Assembly: GCA_963767925.1 (NCBI GenBank)
Contig: CAVYGB010000008.1
Coordinates: 3,104,001-3,168,000 of the forward strand
Direction of reading: 5' to 3'
Length of the DNA stretch: 64,000 nt
DNA from: an uncultured delta proteobacterium
GTDB lineage: Bacteria; Myxococcota_A; Polyangia; Fen-1088
This document shows, piece after piece, positions 51,801-60,851 of the stretch; the first letter of the stretch is position 1; each line of letters begins with the position of its first letter. Made by a program: the position numbers and the translations under genes. The notes below the pieces were generated by a model. That model searched no databases. It was not told the origin of the DNA and was given only the letters and a program-made list of their open reading frames with translations.

Positions 51801-51974
51801 ACGAGATCCGACGTGTTGCCCATCGCCGGCGGCCAGAACACCGGCGACCTCGGCAAGCTGATGACCGAAGACGGCCGTCCCTTCAACCCGATGGACGTGA
51901 ACCCGAACTTCGGCGAGATCCAGACCTACCAGGCGCCGCGCGTGGTGACCTTCGGGGTTCGTTACAATTACTGA
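48801..51974 (+). CDS. oar: Oar-like TonB-dependent outer membrane transporter
   Basis: N-terminal carboxypeptidase-regulatory-like domain, SISGTTSPENLYLIDG, GGYLPEFGRATGG, GQLDPNINSDFDL and terminal FGVRYNY. Confidence 0.85.
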   Translation: MMLEPRNPEGLAGSRSRTFSHAILWTVLVTTLAVAAPAAAQTGSSVITGAVTDAVTRAPVPEAIVTVSSPSMQGEQTVLTDGSGFYRAPSLPGGLYTVRVDREGYDSYEQSRISVRGDVTFRINVFLVPRNVEGKTEEIEITERPPTIDVGSSSVKTTFSEEMIRRVPIARPDTARGGGVRSYEAVAAAAPQARGDLYGTSISGTTSPENLYLIDGLAVNDAAYGIGTTPLSSEFLKEVSVATGGYLPEFGRATGGIITATVKSGSNEIRGSAWTNVTPGVFEGTPKSAFDEGSTIFAGRPEINIIGDFGTDVGLPIIRDRLWLYVGVLGSTTRHKLPRSLYATEVDGANMPVRDANGNTVRTLIPGTEREYDAVAHSMQAVGKLTFSPSRSHSLTLTSIVTPWRAGGGNNFGYDPQDNRPDGFAAAMAGSPDGLTNTSRNDQVSNIVKWTATTQNKRVTFENTFGWHHSTESILPMDGSLPGSGQGLAAVPGIRYRRSPFHSIADFEDVPAGYCEERGAASAVRCPVSSYATGSGLIYTRGQDRLQLRSMMTVLAQALGHHVIKIGIDAERVGNDMNKGYAGGNLFRENPAGSAFSDYRNYAYLIGPDEVLWADTIRAQTTLWNIGAFAQNSWSIADKVTVNLGIRYDSEYLFNNEGDLRMSLPHQIAPRVGLIYDPTQAGRSKLFASFARYYQHVPLDVADRSLSAEPSFTGLHDTAVCDPRDPAKLAACRERRSYQHVGSASDPDQYFIGTGGGTTPIDPNLKTPTVDEFVFGAEYQLLPESRLSLTFTRRRLKNMIEDMSVDEAQTYFIGNPGQGIAANFPVARRDYDAMTLLFSKEFLDNWLMLASYTLARLEGNIAGLYRPETGQLDPNINSDFDLLSLLPNRSGPLGSDNRHQLRLTGAYDFALTQRQRLNFGASLRATSGGPTSYLGSHGLYGPGEVFVLPRGSGPRLPWNYTSDVNLRYGFSLANGHMLEGYVNVYNLFNLQGAIDTDETYTRSDVLPIAGGQNTGDLGKLMTEDGRPFNPMDVNPNFGEIQTYQAPRVVTFGVRYNY

Positions 51975-52026
51975 GGGCGAGGACGACGACATGAAGCGAT
52001 CCACGACACGACGACTGGAGGATCAG

Positions 52027-52857
52027 ATGAAGCGCCTCGCAACCACCACCTGGGCACCGGCGGCCGCCCTCCTGGCGACGCTGCTGGCAGCGGGCTGCTC
52101 GAGCGACCAGCCGCCCACCCGCTGCCAGAGCGCCAAGGGGGCCTTCTCCCTGAGGTACACCCTGGTCGAGGGGACGGGCACCTGCGCCAGCCTCAAGGGG
52201 GACACCGCCGGCCTCAACACCTACTGGCGGATCGAGGGCGACGTCCGCTCGGTCACCCGGGGCCCGCTGGCCATCCGCACCGACGAGATGGGCGCCCTCA
52301 TCGAGCAATATGGGGTCACCGCCGAATCGCGGGCGGTCGCCGCGCTCGGGGGCTTCGTCACCGACGATCCGGGCCCCGACGGCTTCTGCGACGTCAGCAT
52401 GACCTCGCCGGCCTCGCTGAAGCTGGAGCCGGTCCCGGCCATGCCCGCCGGAGACGCCGGCCTGACCGACCCCCTGCCCGGCATGGAGCTCACCCTGGAC
52501 TGGAGCAAGGTGCGCTTTTACGTCACCGCCGCCCAGCCGGGCACGATGTTCACCGCCCAGCTCAAATACGCCAAGACGGTCGACGGTCAGGCCTGCTCGG
52601 CGACCTACGACGTGGTGGGGCTCTGGCCGTCGATCCACTGCGAGGGCGAGATGATGGGTCAGGACGGCAAGCCGGTGGGCAGCGGCAAGCCGGACGATAG
52701 TCTGTGTCACCCCTGCGCCGACCCGTCGGTCGGGCGAGCGACCGGCTCGGGCATCAGCCCGACCCTCGACGTCTCCTGCGACGCCGAGACGCTCTCCTGC
52801 CTGCCCCGCAGCCCGGTCCCCTCGCTCCTGCCGCAGTCCCTGGTCTGCGGCGGCTGA
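52027..52857 (+). CDS. mlpA: Cys-rich lipoprotein, MlpA-like
   Basis: GGAGG RBS, lipobox AAGC, C..QP...C start and GSGI.P...C end; directly after oar as in Myxococcus. Symbol inferred from context and memory. Confidence 0.6.
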   Translation: MKRLATTTWAPAAALLATLLAAGCSSDQPPTRCQSAKGAFSLRYTLVEGTGTCASLKGDTAGLNTYWRIEGDVRSVTRGPLAIRTDEMGALIEQYGVTAESRAVAALGGFVTDDPGPDGFCDVSMTSPASLKLEPVPAMPAGDAGLTDPLPGMELTLDWSKVRFYVTAAQPGTMFTAQLKYAKTVDGQACSATYDVVGLWPSIHCEGEMMGQDGKPVGSGKPDDSLCHPCADPSVGRATGSGISPTLDVSCDAETLSCLPRSPVPSLLPQSLVCGG

Positions 52858-52873
52858 GCGGACAGGGCCCCGG

Positions 52874-53428
52874 CTACTGCCCGAGGAACAGCGCCATCAG
52901 GGCGGCGCGGTCCTCGGGCGTACGCCGGGCCAGGTCGGGCGGCAGGAAGATCTCTGCCGTCCCGACCATCCCCCGGCACACACGCCGGCCGGTGTAGCGG
53001 AAGGTCTCCATTTCGGCCCGCACCATGTCGTAGGTGCAGCCGCCGATCGAGCCGGCCATCTTGTTCGAGAGCAGCTCGATGGTGCCGAGCTTGCCGTTGT
53101 AGAGGCCCTTGAGAGCGAAGCCGCCGGGCCGCTCCTCCACGTAGAGCTCGGTCAGGCCCGAGCCGATCGACCCGAACACCTTCATCTCCGAGGTGCGCAG
53201 GTCGACCAGGCGGTTGCCGACGTGACCGCGAAAGCCTTCCTGCAGGCGCGACACCTCCACGTCGGGGCCGAACAGGCGGTCACCGTCGAGGCGGATCTGC
53301 TCGGTGCTGCTGGCCGTGCGGAGCGTGAAGTACTGCTCGTTGCCCCGCGAGGCGCCCGGGCCCGACAGGGCCGCGCAGCCGGTCGCCGCTGCCGCCAGAG
53401 TCACCATCAAGAGCCGCCCGCTAGCCAT
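52874..53428 (-). CDS. Hypothetical lipoprotein
   Basis: GGAGG RBS, lipobox ATGC, beta-rich body. Confidence 0.7.
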   Translation of the reverse strand: MASGRLLMVTLAAAATGCAALSGPGASRGNEQYFTLRTASSTEQIRLDGDRLFGPDVEVSRLQEGFRGHVGNRLVDLRTSEMKVFGSIGSGLTELYVEERPGGFALKGLYNGKLGTIELLSNKMAGSIGGCTYDMVRAEMETFRYTGRRVCRGMVGTAEIFLPPDLARRTPEDRAALMALFLGQ

Positions 53429-53556
53429 GGATCGCCCTCCTACGGGATGGATCGTCGATTGTGGCAGAGACGGTCGGCCCGCTGAAGCGGGATCTTCCCC
53501 GCGCTGACGCAATCAGGCGCGCTGCTGTCCGGGCGGCGGCGTGGCCCCGAGGCCGC

Positions 53557-54216
53557 TCAGAGCTTCACGCCGACCGCCATGCCTTCGCCGGTAGGTAACA
53601 CGGTCGCCCGGAACTCGACCCCCGCGGCCAGGCGGCGGTGAAAGGCGTTCATCGATCGAGCCGCGGGCGAGGCCCCGGGGCCGGGGTCTTCCTTCAGGTC
53701 GCCGAACAGGAAGGCGTTGTCCCCCACCACCACCCCGCCCGGCCGCAGGTTGCGGCTGGCCCAGTCGAGGTACTGCTCGTACCCCTCCTTGTCGGCGTCG
53801 ATGAAGCAGAAGTCGAAGGGCCCCTCGCTGCTCAGGGTAGGGAGCTGCTGCAGAGCGGGCCCTCGCAGCAGCCGCACCCGATCGGCCACTCCTGCCCGCC
53901 GGAAGGTCTCGCTGGCGACCTCGGCGTGGCGGGGATCGGCCTCGATGGTGTAGAGCAGGCCGCCCGGCTGCAGCCCCCGAGCGATCGACACCCCCGAGTA
54001 GCCGGCCAGGGTCCCGATCTCCACCGCCCGCCGCACGCCGGTGACCCGCACCAGGATCTCGAGGTGGCGGGCGTCGAGCGCGGCCACCTGGATCTCGGGC
54101 AGCCCCGAGGCCCGGGCCCGCTCCCGGATCTCGCGCAGGACCTCGTCCTCGGGCTGGTACACCTGGCGCACGTATTTTTCCAGAGCGGGGTCGTCGTTTC
54201 CGAAGGACTTGTTCAT
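53557..54216 (-). CDS. Class I SAM-dependent O-methyltransferase (caffeoyl-CoA OMT/YrrM family)
   Basis: VEIGTLAGYS, FDFCFIDADK and GGVVVGDN. Confidence 0.9.
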   Translation of the reverse strand: MNKSFGNDDPALEKYVRQVYQPEDEVLREIRERARASGLPEIQVAALDARHLEILVRVTGVRRAVEIGTLAGYSGVSIARGLQPGGLLYTIEADPRHAEVASETFRRAGVADRVRLLRGPALQQLPTLSSEGPFDFCFIDADKEGYEQYLDWASRNLRPGGVVVGDNAFLFGDLKEDPGPGASPAARSMNAFHRRLAAGVEFRATVLPTGEGMAVGVKL

Positions 54217-54226
54217 GGGGCGGTCC

Positions 54227-55033
54227 TCATCTGGCGTTGGCGGAGGCGGGCGGGCGACCCACGAACTGTACCTCGAAGACGCGGGGCCACAGCTTGCCCG
54301 TGATCAGGAAGGTCCCGCGCTCGGGGACGTAGGCGATGCCGTTGAGCACGTCGGTCTCCGCCCGCTCGCTGCCGTCGAGCAGGCCGGAGGCGTCGATCCA
54401 GCCGGTGACCTCCCCGCTGCCGGGATCGATGCGGGCGATGTGGTCCGAGCCCCAGATGTTGGCGTAGACGGTTCCGTCGACGCACTCGAGCTCGTTGAGC
54501 TGGCGCACCGGCTGCCCCGCGCGCACCACCCGGACGCCGCCGCCCTCCTCGAAGCTGCGGGGGTCGCGGAAGACGAGGCGATCGCTGCCGTCGCTCATGA
54601 TCAGCCGCCTGCCGTCGTGGCAGAGCCCCCAGCCCTCACCCGGGTAGGCGTGCTCGCGCACGCGCTGCAGGTTCGACAGGTTCCAGACGAAGGCCCGCCC
54701 GTTCTTCCAGGTGAGCTGGACGAGCTCGTCGCCCACCCGGGCCAGGCCCTCGCCGAACAGGTCGGGGTCGAGCGCCACCTCGGCCTGGACCGCGCCGCTG
54801 TCGGGATCGACCCGGCGGATCGAGGAGCGTCCCAGCAGCCCGGTGCTCTCGTACAGGCCGCCGTCGAAGTAGACCAGCCCCTGGGTGAAGGCCTTCGTGT
54901 CGTGGGGGTAGACGCGCACAACCCGCGTGACCAGCTCCTCCACGCGCCGGGGCCCCGCCGCCTGGGGGGGCGTCCTGTTGGCGCACGCCGCCAGCGACAG
55001 CGCCAGGATGAGCGCGGAGAGGGACCTGGCCAT
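54227..55033 (-). CDS. Glutaminyl-peptide cyclotransferase (bacterial/plant beta-propeller type), lipoprotein
   Basis: YPHD..AFTQGL, ESTG, FGEG, QLTW, GEGWG, LNELE, VLNGIA and TGKLWP. Confidence 0.93.
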   Translation of the reverse strand: MARSLSALILALSLAACANRTPPQAAGPRRVEELVTRVVRVYPHDTKAFTQGLVYFDGGLYESTGLLGRSSIRRVDPDSGAVQAEVALDPDLFGEGLARVGDELVQLTWKNGRAFVWNLSNLQRVREHAYPGEGWGLCHDGRRLIMSDGSDRLVFRDPRSFEEGGGVRVVRAGQPVRQLNELECVDGTVYANIWGSDHIARIDPGSGEVTGWIDASGLLDGSERAETDVLNGIAYVPERGTFLITGKLWPRVFEVQFVGRPPASANAR

Positions 55034-55100
55034 GGACAACCTGCCTCGCATCTTAACAGCGCGGCCCCCCGCGACCAGGGGGCGAGACGCTGGACCTGCC

Positions 55101-55763
55101 TCAGAACTGGGCGGGCTTGTCGAGCGCCCGGCGCAGGCGGGCCAGGTACTCGCGGCGCGTGATCTCGGTGGCGCCCATGCTCATCAGGTGGGGGTTGGGG
55201 ACCTGGGCGTCCAGCAGGATGAACCCCCGTTCGCGCAGGTGATCGACGAGGAACGACATCGCCGCCTTCGAGGCGTCGGTGGCCCGGTGGAACATGGACT
55301 CGCCGCCGAAGAAGGCCCCGAAGGTCACGCCGTAGAGGCCCCCCACGAGCTGGGCGCCGGCGTAGACCTCCACGCTGTGGGCGTGGCCCCGCCGGTGCAG
55401 ATCGGTGTACGCGGTGATGAAGTCCTCGCTGATCCAGGTGCTGGGGCGGTTGGCCCCGGGCGCGGCGCAGGCCCGCATCACCCCCTCGAAGTCGCGATCG
55501 ATGGCGAAGGTCCACTCGGCCCGGCGGATGGTCTTGCGCACGCTGCGGGCGGCCCGGAAGTCGTCGAGGTCGAAGATGGCCCGCGGATCGGGGCACCACC
55601 AGGTGATCTCTGGATCCGAGGACCAGGGAAAGACGCCCGCCCGGTAGGCCCGCACCAGCGTGTCGGGGTCGAGCGAGCCGCCCACCGCGACCAGCCCCTC
55701 GGGCCAGCCTTCGTCGTCCCCGATCGAGGACGGGTCGGCACGTTTGTCGGAATCGCCATCCAT
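55101..55763 (-). CDS. aat: Leucyl/phenylalanyl-tRNA-protein transferase
   Basis: GLVAVGG.L, AY..G.FPW, WW.PDPR, AHSVE, GGLYG, F.GESMF...DASK and HL.S.GA. Confidence 0.95.
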   Translation of the reverse strand: MDGDSDKRADPSSIGDDEGWPEGLVAVGGSLDPDTLVRAYRAGVFPWSSDPEITWWCPDPRAIFDLDDFRAARSVRKTIRRAEWTFAIDRDFEGVMRACAAPGANRPSTWISEDFITAYTDLHRRGHAHSVEVYAGAQLVGGLYGVTFGAFFGGESMFHRATDASKAAMSFLVDHLRERGFILLDAQVPNPHLMSMGATEITRREYLARLRRALDKPAQF

Positions 55764-55898
55764 GGACTTCTGGGAGTCTAGCGAAAGAACCGACCGCCCA
55801 CCTTTGACACAGCGGGTTGGCCTGACTGCACAGTAAATGGGTCGTAAAAAGCCTGCCAGAGCCCCGGAACCGTTTTCGGCAGCTCGGCCGCGACCTAT

Positions 55899-57890
55899 AT
55901 GATAGCTCCCGCCGTGGCTGACCAGGCAATTTCAACCCTCCGAGTCCTCCTGGTGTTTCCCCTCGTCTCGCTGGCGGGGGCTGCCTGGGCGGCCCCTCCG
56001 CCCGTGGACTTCGCCAGTGAGGTGCTGCCCATCTTCGAGAAGGCTTGCGTCTCCTGCCACGGGCCCAAAAAGGCCCAGGGGGGCCTGCAGCTCACCAGCG
56101 CCCGGCGCCTCATGAAAGGTGGCATCACCGACGACCTGATCGTGCCCGGAAAGTCGGCGCTGAGCTACCTCGTCATCCGGATGCTGGGCGAAGGGGGCGA
56201 GGACCGCATGCCCCTCAAGAAGCCGGAGCTGCCCGAGGCGGAGATCGCCCTCATCAAGCGCTGGATCGACGAGGGGGCGACGCTGCCCCCGGAGGCGCCG
56301 CTGCGCTTCGTGCCAGCGCCGGCCGGGCTCAAGCGGCTCACCAGCGACCAGTACCACAACACCCTGCGCGACCTGTTCGGCGAGACCTTGCCCCTGCCCA
56401 CCAACCTCGAGCCCGACACCCTGGTGGCGGGGTCGGCCACCGTGGGAGCGGCCCGCATCGGGCTGTCGGAAAACGGGGTGGAGAAGTTCGCCCGCGCCGC
56501 CTTCGAGCTGGCCGGCGCGGCCCTGCGCGACGAGGGCTTCCAGCGCCGATACGTCCCCTGCCCGGCCAGCGGCGCCTTCGACGAGGCCTGCGCCAGCAGC
56601 TTCATCACCGGCTTCGGCCGGCGGGCCTGGCGCAGGCCCCTGCTGCCCGAGGAGACTGCGCGTTACCTGCGGCTCGCCCGCGAGGTGGCCGGTCCCCCCG
56701 GGGGCAAGGGCCGCGGGCTGGGCGGCGGGCTGGCGGCGGTGACGGCCGCCCTGCTGCAGTCCCCGCATTTCCTCTACCGGAGCGAGCTCGGGACTCCCGA
56801 TCCCAAGGACCCCACCCGCCGCCGCCTCACCGACTACGAGATGGCCTCCCGGCTGGCCTACTTCCTGTGGGGGGCGCCCCCCGACGACCGGCTCCTCGAC
56901 GCCGCCGAGGCCGGCCGGCTGGCCACCGACGCGGGCCTCTCGGCGGAGACCGAGCGGATGCTGAAGTCGCCCCGGGCCCGCGAGACCATGTCCGGCTTCT
57001 TCGTGGAGCTGTTCCGCCTGCGCCGGCTCGACCGCCTGTACGAGGGGCGCGGCAAGCACCCGAAGTTCACGACCACGGTACCCCAGGCGATGAAGGGCGA
57101 GACCCTGCGGGTGATCGAGGAGATCGCCTTCGATCCGGCGCGCGACTTCCGCGAGATCTTCTCGACCCGCTTCAGCTACGTCAACGAGGAGCTGGCTCGG
57201 CTCTACGGCCTGCCCGGGCCCGCCCCGGGCAGCAAGCCGGCCGACGACAAGACCTTCCGGCGGGTCACCTTCTCGGCGGACAACCCCCGCACCGGCGTGC
57301 TGGGCCAGGCCGCCTTCCTGTCGATCTTCGCCCACTCGAACTCGTCCTCGCCGACCCGGCGGGGCAAGTTCATCCGCGAGGCGCTGCTCTGTCAGGCGGT
57401 GCCGCCCCCGCCCCCCAGCGTCGACACCCGCCTGCCGAAGGACAAGGAGGGGGTGGTCCGCACCACCCGGCAGAAGCTGCAAGAGCACCGGGACAACCCG
57501 CGCTGCAACGGCTGCCACAAGGCCATGGATCCCCTGGGCCTGGCCTTCGAGGGGTTCGACAACCTCGGCATCCAGCGCAAGGCCGACGCCGGCCTGCCCA
57601 TCGACACCAGCGGGGAGGTCGACGGGACCCCCTTCAAGACGCCGGCCGAGATGGGGGCCCTGCTGGCCAGGAACCCGAAGATCGGGGCCTGCGTCGCCCG
57701 CTCCCTGTTCCGCTACGCCCTCGGCAGCCTCGAGAGCGAGGGGGAAGAGCCCCTGCTCGAGGAGCTGGCCCGCGGCCTCGAGCGCGACGGCTACCGCTTC
57801 GTCGCCCTGGTGGCCAACGTGATCAAGAGCGAAGGTTTCCGGTATCTGTCCGCCCCCGCCGACGACAAGACGACCGCACAGCTTCATTGA
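55899..57890 (+). CDS. Planctomycete-type cytochrome c domain fused to DUF1587/1595/1592/1588/1585 domains
   Basis: VDF..EV.PIF...CVSCHG..RMP..WID.GA; RLT..QY.N; LQSP.FLYR; E.ASRL.YFLW..PD; SPT.RG; CNGCH..MDP.G. Start uncertain. Confidence 0.85.
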   Translation: MIAPAVADQAISTLRVLLVFPLVSLAGAAWAAPPPVDFASEVLPIFEKACVSCHGPKKAQGGLQLTSARRLMKGGITDDLIVPGKSALSYLVIRMLGEGGEDRMPLKKPELPEAEIALIKRWIDEGATLPPEAPLRFVPAPAGLKRLTSDQYHNTLRDLFGETLPLPTNLEPDTLVAGSATVGAARIGLSENGVEKFARAAFELAGAALRDEGFQRRYVPCPASGAFDEACASSFITGFGRRAWRRPLLPEETARYLRLAREVAGPPGGKGRGLGGGLAAVTAALLQSPHFLYRSELGTPDPKDPTRRRLTDYEMASRLAYFLWGAPPDDRLLDAAEAGRLATDAGLSAETERMLKSPRARETMSGFFVELFRLRRLDRLYEGRGKHPKFTTTVPQAMKGETLRVIEEIAFDPARDFREIFSTRFSYVNEELARLYGLPGPAPGSKPADDKTFRRVTFSADNPRTGVLGQAAFLSIFAHSNSSSPTRRGKFIREALLCQAVPPPPPSVDTRLPKDKEGVVRTTRQKLQEHRDNPRCNGCHKAMDPLGLAFEGFDNLGIQRKADAGLPIDTSGEVDGTPFKTPAEMGALLARNPKIGACVARSLFRYALGSLESEGEEPLLEELARGLERDGYRFVALVANVIKSEGFRYLSAPADDKTTAQLH

Positions 57891-57990
57891 CCCGGGACGT
57901 GACGGCGGGCCCCGGCCCGACGGCGCGTCCTGCCCGGTTCGCGGGACCCTCCCCGGGTCCCTTCCAGACAAAGCACAGGAGCACCCACCC

Positions 57991-59367
57991 ATGCCGCTCG
58001 CAAAGAAGCTCGACCGCCGCACCCTCCTTCGAGGCGCCCTGGGCGGCGCCGCCGTCACGGTGGCCCTGCCGACCCTGGAGGCCATGCTCAACGGCAACGG
58101 CACCGCGCTGGCCGCCGGCCAGCGGCTGCCCCGCCGGCTGGGGGTCTTCTTCTGGGGCAACGGCATCCGCCACAGCCACTGGGTCCCCGCCCAGCGCGGC
58201 GCCCGCTGGAACCTGAGCGACGAGCTCGAGCCGCTCGCCCCGGTCAAGAAGTACATCAACGTCGTGACCGGGATGCTGGTGAAGACCGGCAACGAGCAGG
58301 GGCACCACGCCGGCACGGTCGGCATCCTCTCGGGCTGCCCGATGGTGTCGCAGCCCCACCCGAGCTCGGCCTACGCCTCCACCTTCAGCGCCCCCTCCAT
58401 CGACCAGGTGGCGGCCTCGGTGATCGGCAAGACGACCCCCTTCCGCTCGCTCGAGGTGGGCGTCTCCCGGCAGGTGACGGAGAACGAGGGGACCACCCTG
58501 CTCTACCTCTCGCACCGCGGGCCCGACGCGCCCAACCCGCCGGAATACGATCCGGTGCGGGTGTTCGACCGCCTGTTCGGGGCGGCGGGGCGGCCAGGGA
58601 CGGGGCTGGGCGCCGACTCGGCGCTGGAGAGCGGCCGGCAGATGGGACGCAGCGTGCTCGACGTGGTGGCGGAGGACGCCCGGCTGCTCGAACGTCAGCT
58701 CGGCAGCAGCGACCGCCGGCGCATGGCCCTGCACCTCGATGGCATCCGCGAGGTGGAGAAGCGGGTCAGCCGGGAGTGGCGCCGCGCGGCCCAGTGCCTG
58801 GCGGGGGATCGACCGGGCCTGCTGCCGGCCGCCGTGAGCCAGGAGCCCCACTCCCAGATCAACGAGGCCATGAGCCGGCTGACGGCGCTGGCCCTCTCTT
58901 GCGATCTCACCCGCGTCTTCTCCTTCATGTTCTCGGGCAGCGTGGGCGAGACCAGCTACTGGGAGGTCGGCCAGGACCAGTCGCACCACCAGTTCACCCA
59001 CGACGAGAACGGGGATCAGCCGACCGTGCACGCGGCGACCGTGTTCGTGATGCAGCAGTTCTCCCGGCTGCTGCAGACCCTGCAGGCGACGCCCGACGGC
59101 GCCGGCAACCTGCTCGACAGCTCGGTGATCCTGGCCTCCAGCGACACCGCGGACGCGCGGGCCCACGACCTGAAGGACTACCCGGTGCTGATCGCAGGCC
59201 GGGGGGGCGGGTTCCTCAAGTACCCGGGCATCCACTACCGGTCGGACAGCCAGGAGAACACCAGCAAGGCCCTGCTCAGCGTGCTCCGGGCCGCCGGTCT
59301 CCCCCTGGCCAGCTTCGGTCAGAAGGGCGGCCAGGTGGCGGAGAGCCTCACCGCCATCGAGGCCTGA
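57991..59367 (+). CDS. DUF1552-domain protein with Tat-like signal
   Basis: DRRTLLRG..VALP.LEAM, SIDQ, AL.CD.TRV, H..TH and G.NLLD.S; the usual partner of DUF1592 genes. Confidence 0.85.
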   Translation: MPLAKKLDRRTLLRGALGGAAVTVALPTLEAMLNGNGTALAAGQRLPRRLGVFFWGNGIRHSHWVPAQRGARWNLSDELEPLAPVKKYINVVTGMLVKTGNEQGHHAGTVGILSGCPMVSQPHPSSAYASTFSAPSIDQVAASVIGKTTPFRSLEVGVSRQVTENEGTTLLYLSHRGPDAPNPPEYDPVRVFDRLFGAAGRPGTGLGADSALESGRQMGRSVLDVVAEDARLLERQLGSSDRRRMALHLDGIREVEKRVSREWRRAAQCLAGDRPGLLPAAVSQEPHSQINEAMSRLTALALSCDLTRVFSFMFSGSVGETSYWEVGQDQSHHQFTHDENGDQPTVHAATVFVMQQFSRLLQTLQATPDGAGNLLDSSVILASSDTADARAHDLKDYPVLIAGRGGGFLKYPGIHYRSDSQENTSKALLSVLRAAGLPLASFGQKGGQVAESLTAIEA

Positions 59368-59490
59368 GGCCGGCCTGCGGCGGCGCGGCCGGAGACGAGG
59401 GCGCCTAACGAGGCGCGTCCGCCGCGCGCCGCCAGGGGACACTATCCCCTTGGACGAAGCGGGGGGTTTTTCGTAGAACCATCCTGCATC

Positions 59491-60483
59491 ATGCCCCGCG
59501 TCTGGCCGTCCCACCGCCCCTGGCCGGTCCCGTCCGGGCACGCCGTCGTTTTCGCCTTCTTTGCCCTGGTCCTCGCCGCGGCCTCGCCCGCCGCGGCGGC
59601 CCGCGGCCGGCCGCCCCCTGTTGTGGGGCGCTGGAACCTCACCGTCACCGGGGCCGACGGCGTCACCTTCCCCTCCTGGCTGGAGATCACCTTCGACGAC
59701 GCCGGCAAGCTCGGCGGCCGGCTGTGCGGGCGGGTCGGGGTGGCCGAGCCGCTGGCCCGGGTGGAGTGGAAGAAGAACCAGCTCACCTTCGTCGACGTCG
59801 AGCCGGCCGGCGGTGGCCGCAACGTCGAGCGCCTGTACCGCGCCAAGATCGCCTTCGGGATGCTCGACGGCCAGATCAGCGGGCCCAGCGGTCCGCCCTG
59901 GAGCTTCATCGGGGCGCGCCCCCCGAAGTTCCGGGAACGGGGGCGGGTCCCCTGGGGCAAGGGCGTGCCCCTCATCAGCAAGGGGCTGCTGGGCTGGCGC
60001 CTGCGGGCCAGCGACAGGGGCTCCTGCTGGAAGGAGGTCGGCGGCGTGCTCGGCAACCACAGCCCCTGCGTCGACATCGTCAGCGACGGGCGCTACCAGG
60101 ACTTCCGGGTCCGCCTCGAGTTCAAGCTGGCCAGGGGGAGCCGCACGGGGGTCTACCTGCGTGGCCGTTACGAGGTCCCGCTGCGCGACGACGCCGGGGA
60201 GCGGCCGTCGAACCGGGGCACCGGCGCCGTGCATGGCCTGACGGTGCCCCTGCGCAACGCCGCCGGCGCGGCCGAGGCCTGGCAGTCGCTCGACGTCACG
60301 ATGATTGGCCGGCGCATCACCGCGCTGATCAACGGCGTCCGGGTGCTCGAGAACCACGAGATCCCCGGCCCCACCGGAGGCGCCCTCGACAGCGAGGAGG
60401 CCATCCCGGGGCCGATCATGCTGCGGGGGGACCAGGGTGAGGTGGCCTTCCGGAACATCGTCGTCTCGCCGGCGCTGTGGTGA
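59491..60483 (+). CDS. Secreted DUF1080 (3-keto-disaccharide hydrolase-like) protein, divergent
   Basis: PSWLE N-domain; DF...LEF, GVYLRGRYE, W...D.T..G, TGGALDS.E..PGPI.L.GD and FRNI. Confidence 0.8.
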   Translation: MPRVWPSHRPWPVPSGHAVVFAFFALVLAAASPAAAARGRPPPVVGRWNLTVTGADGVTFPSWLEITFDDAGKLGGRLCGRVGVAEPLARVEWKKNQLTFVDVEPAGGGRNVERLYRAKIAFGMLDGQISGPSGPPWSFIGARPPKFRERGRVPWGKGVPLISKGLLGWRLRASDRGSCWKEVGGVLGNHSPCVDIVSDGRYQDFRVRLEFKLARGSRTGVYLRGRYEVPLRDDAGERPSNRGTGAVHGLTVPLRNAAGAAEAWQSLDVTMIGRRITALINGVRVLENHEIPGPTGGALDSEEAIPGPIMLRGDQGEVAFRNIVVSPALW

Positions 60484-60797
60484 ACGACCGCTCCAACCCG
60501 ATCGAGCTGGAGATCGTCGAGGAGAAGGCGGGCACCCTGGCCCGCGTGGCCGAGCGCCTGGAGGCCTCCCTGCGGGCCCTGGAGGCGATCGAGCAGCGGC
60601 TGGCCGGCGCGCCGGGCGACGGGGCCGCGCTGGCGCTGCGGGAGGAGCTGCTGGGGGAGGCGGCGGAGTGGCTCTGGTTCCTGGTGGTCCAGCGCGAGGT
60701 TGTCGGCGCCACCAGCCACGATGCGCTGTTCGAGGTTTACCGGATCCCCGCCGCGGTCCGCCGGCGGATGGGTCCCCGGCGCCGGCCCGGCGGCTGA
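60480..60797 (+). CDS. Small helical protein, DUF6665-like
   Basis: EI..EKA..L......LE..L..L, W...VQRE..G and Y.IP..V..RMG; GTG overlaps the upstream TGA. Confidence 0.65.
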   Translation: MNDRSNPIELEIVEEKAGTLARVAERLEASLRALEAIEQRLAGAPGDGAALALREELLGEAAEWLWFLVVQREVVGATSHDALFEVYRIPAAVRRRMGPRRRPGG

Positions 60798-60851
60798 GCC
60801 GACCGGCGCCTTCGCGGCCTATTTCGCGGCGGGCGCGGGTATTCTCCCCCC

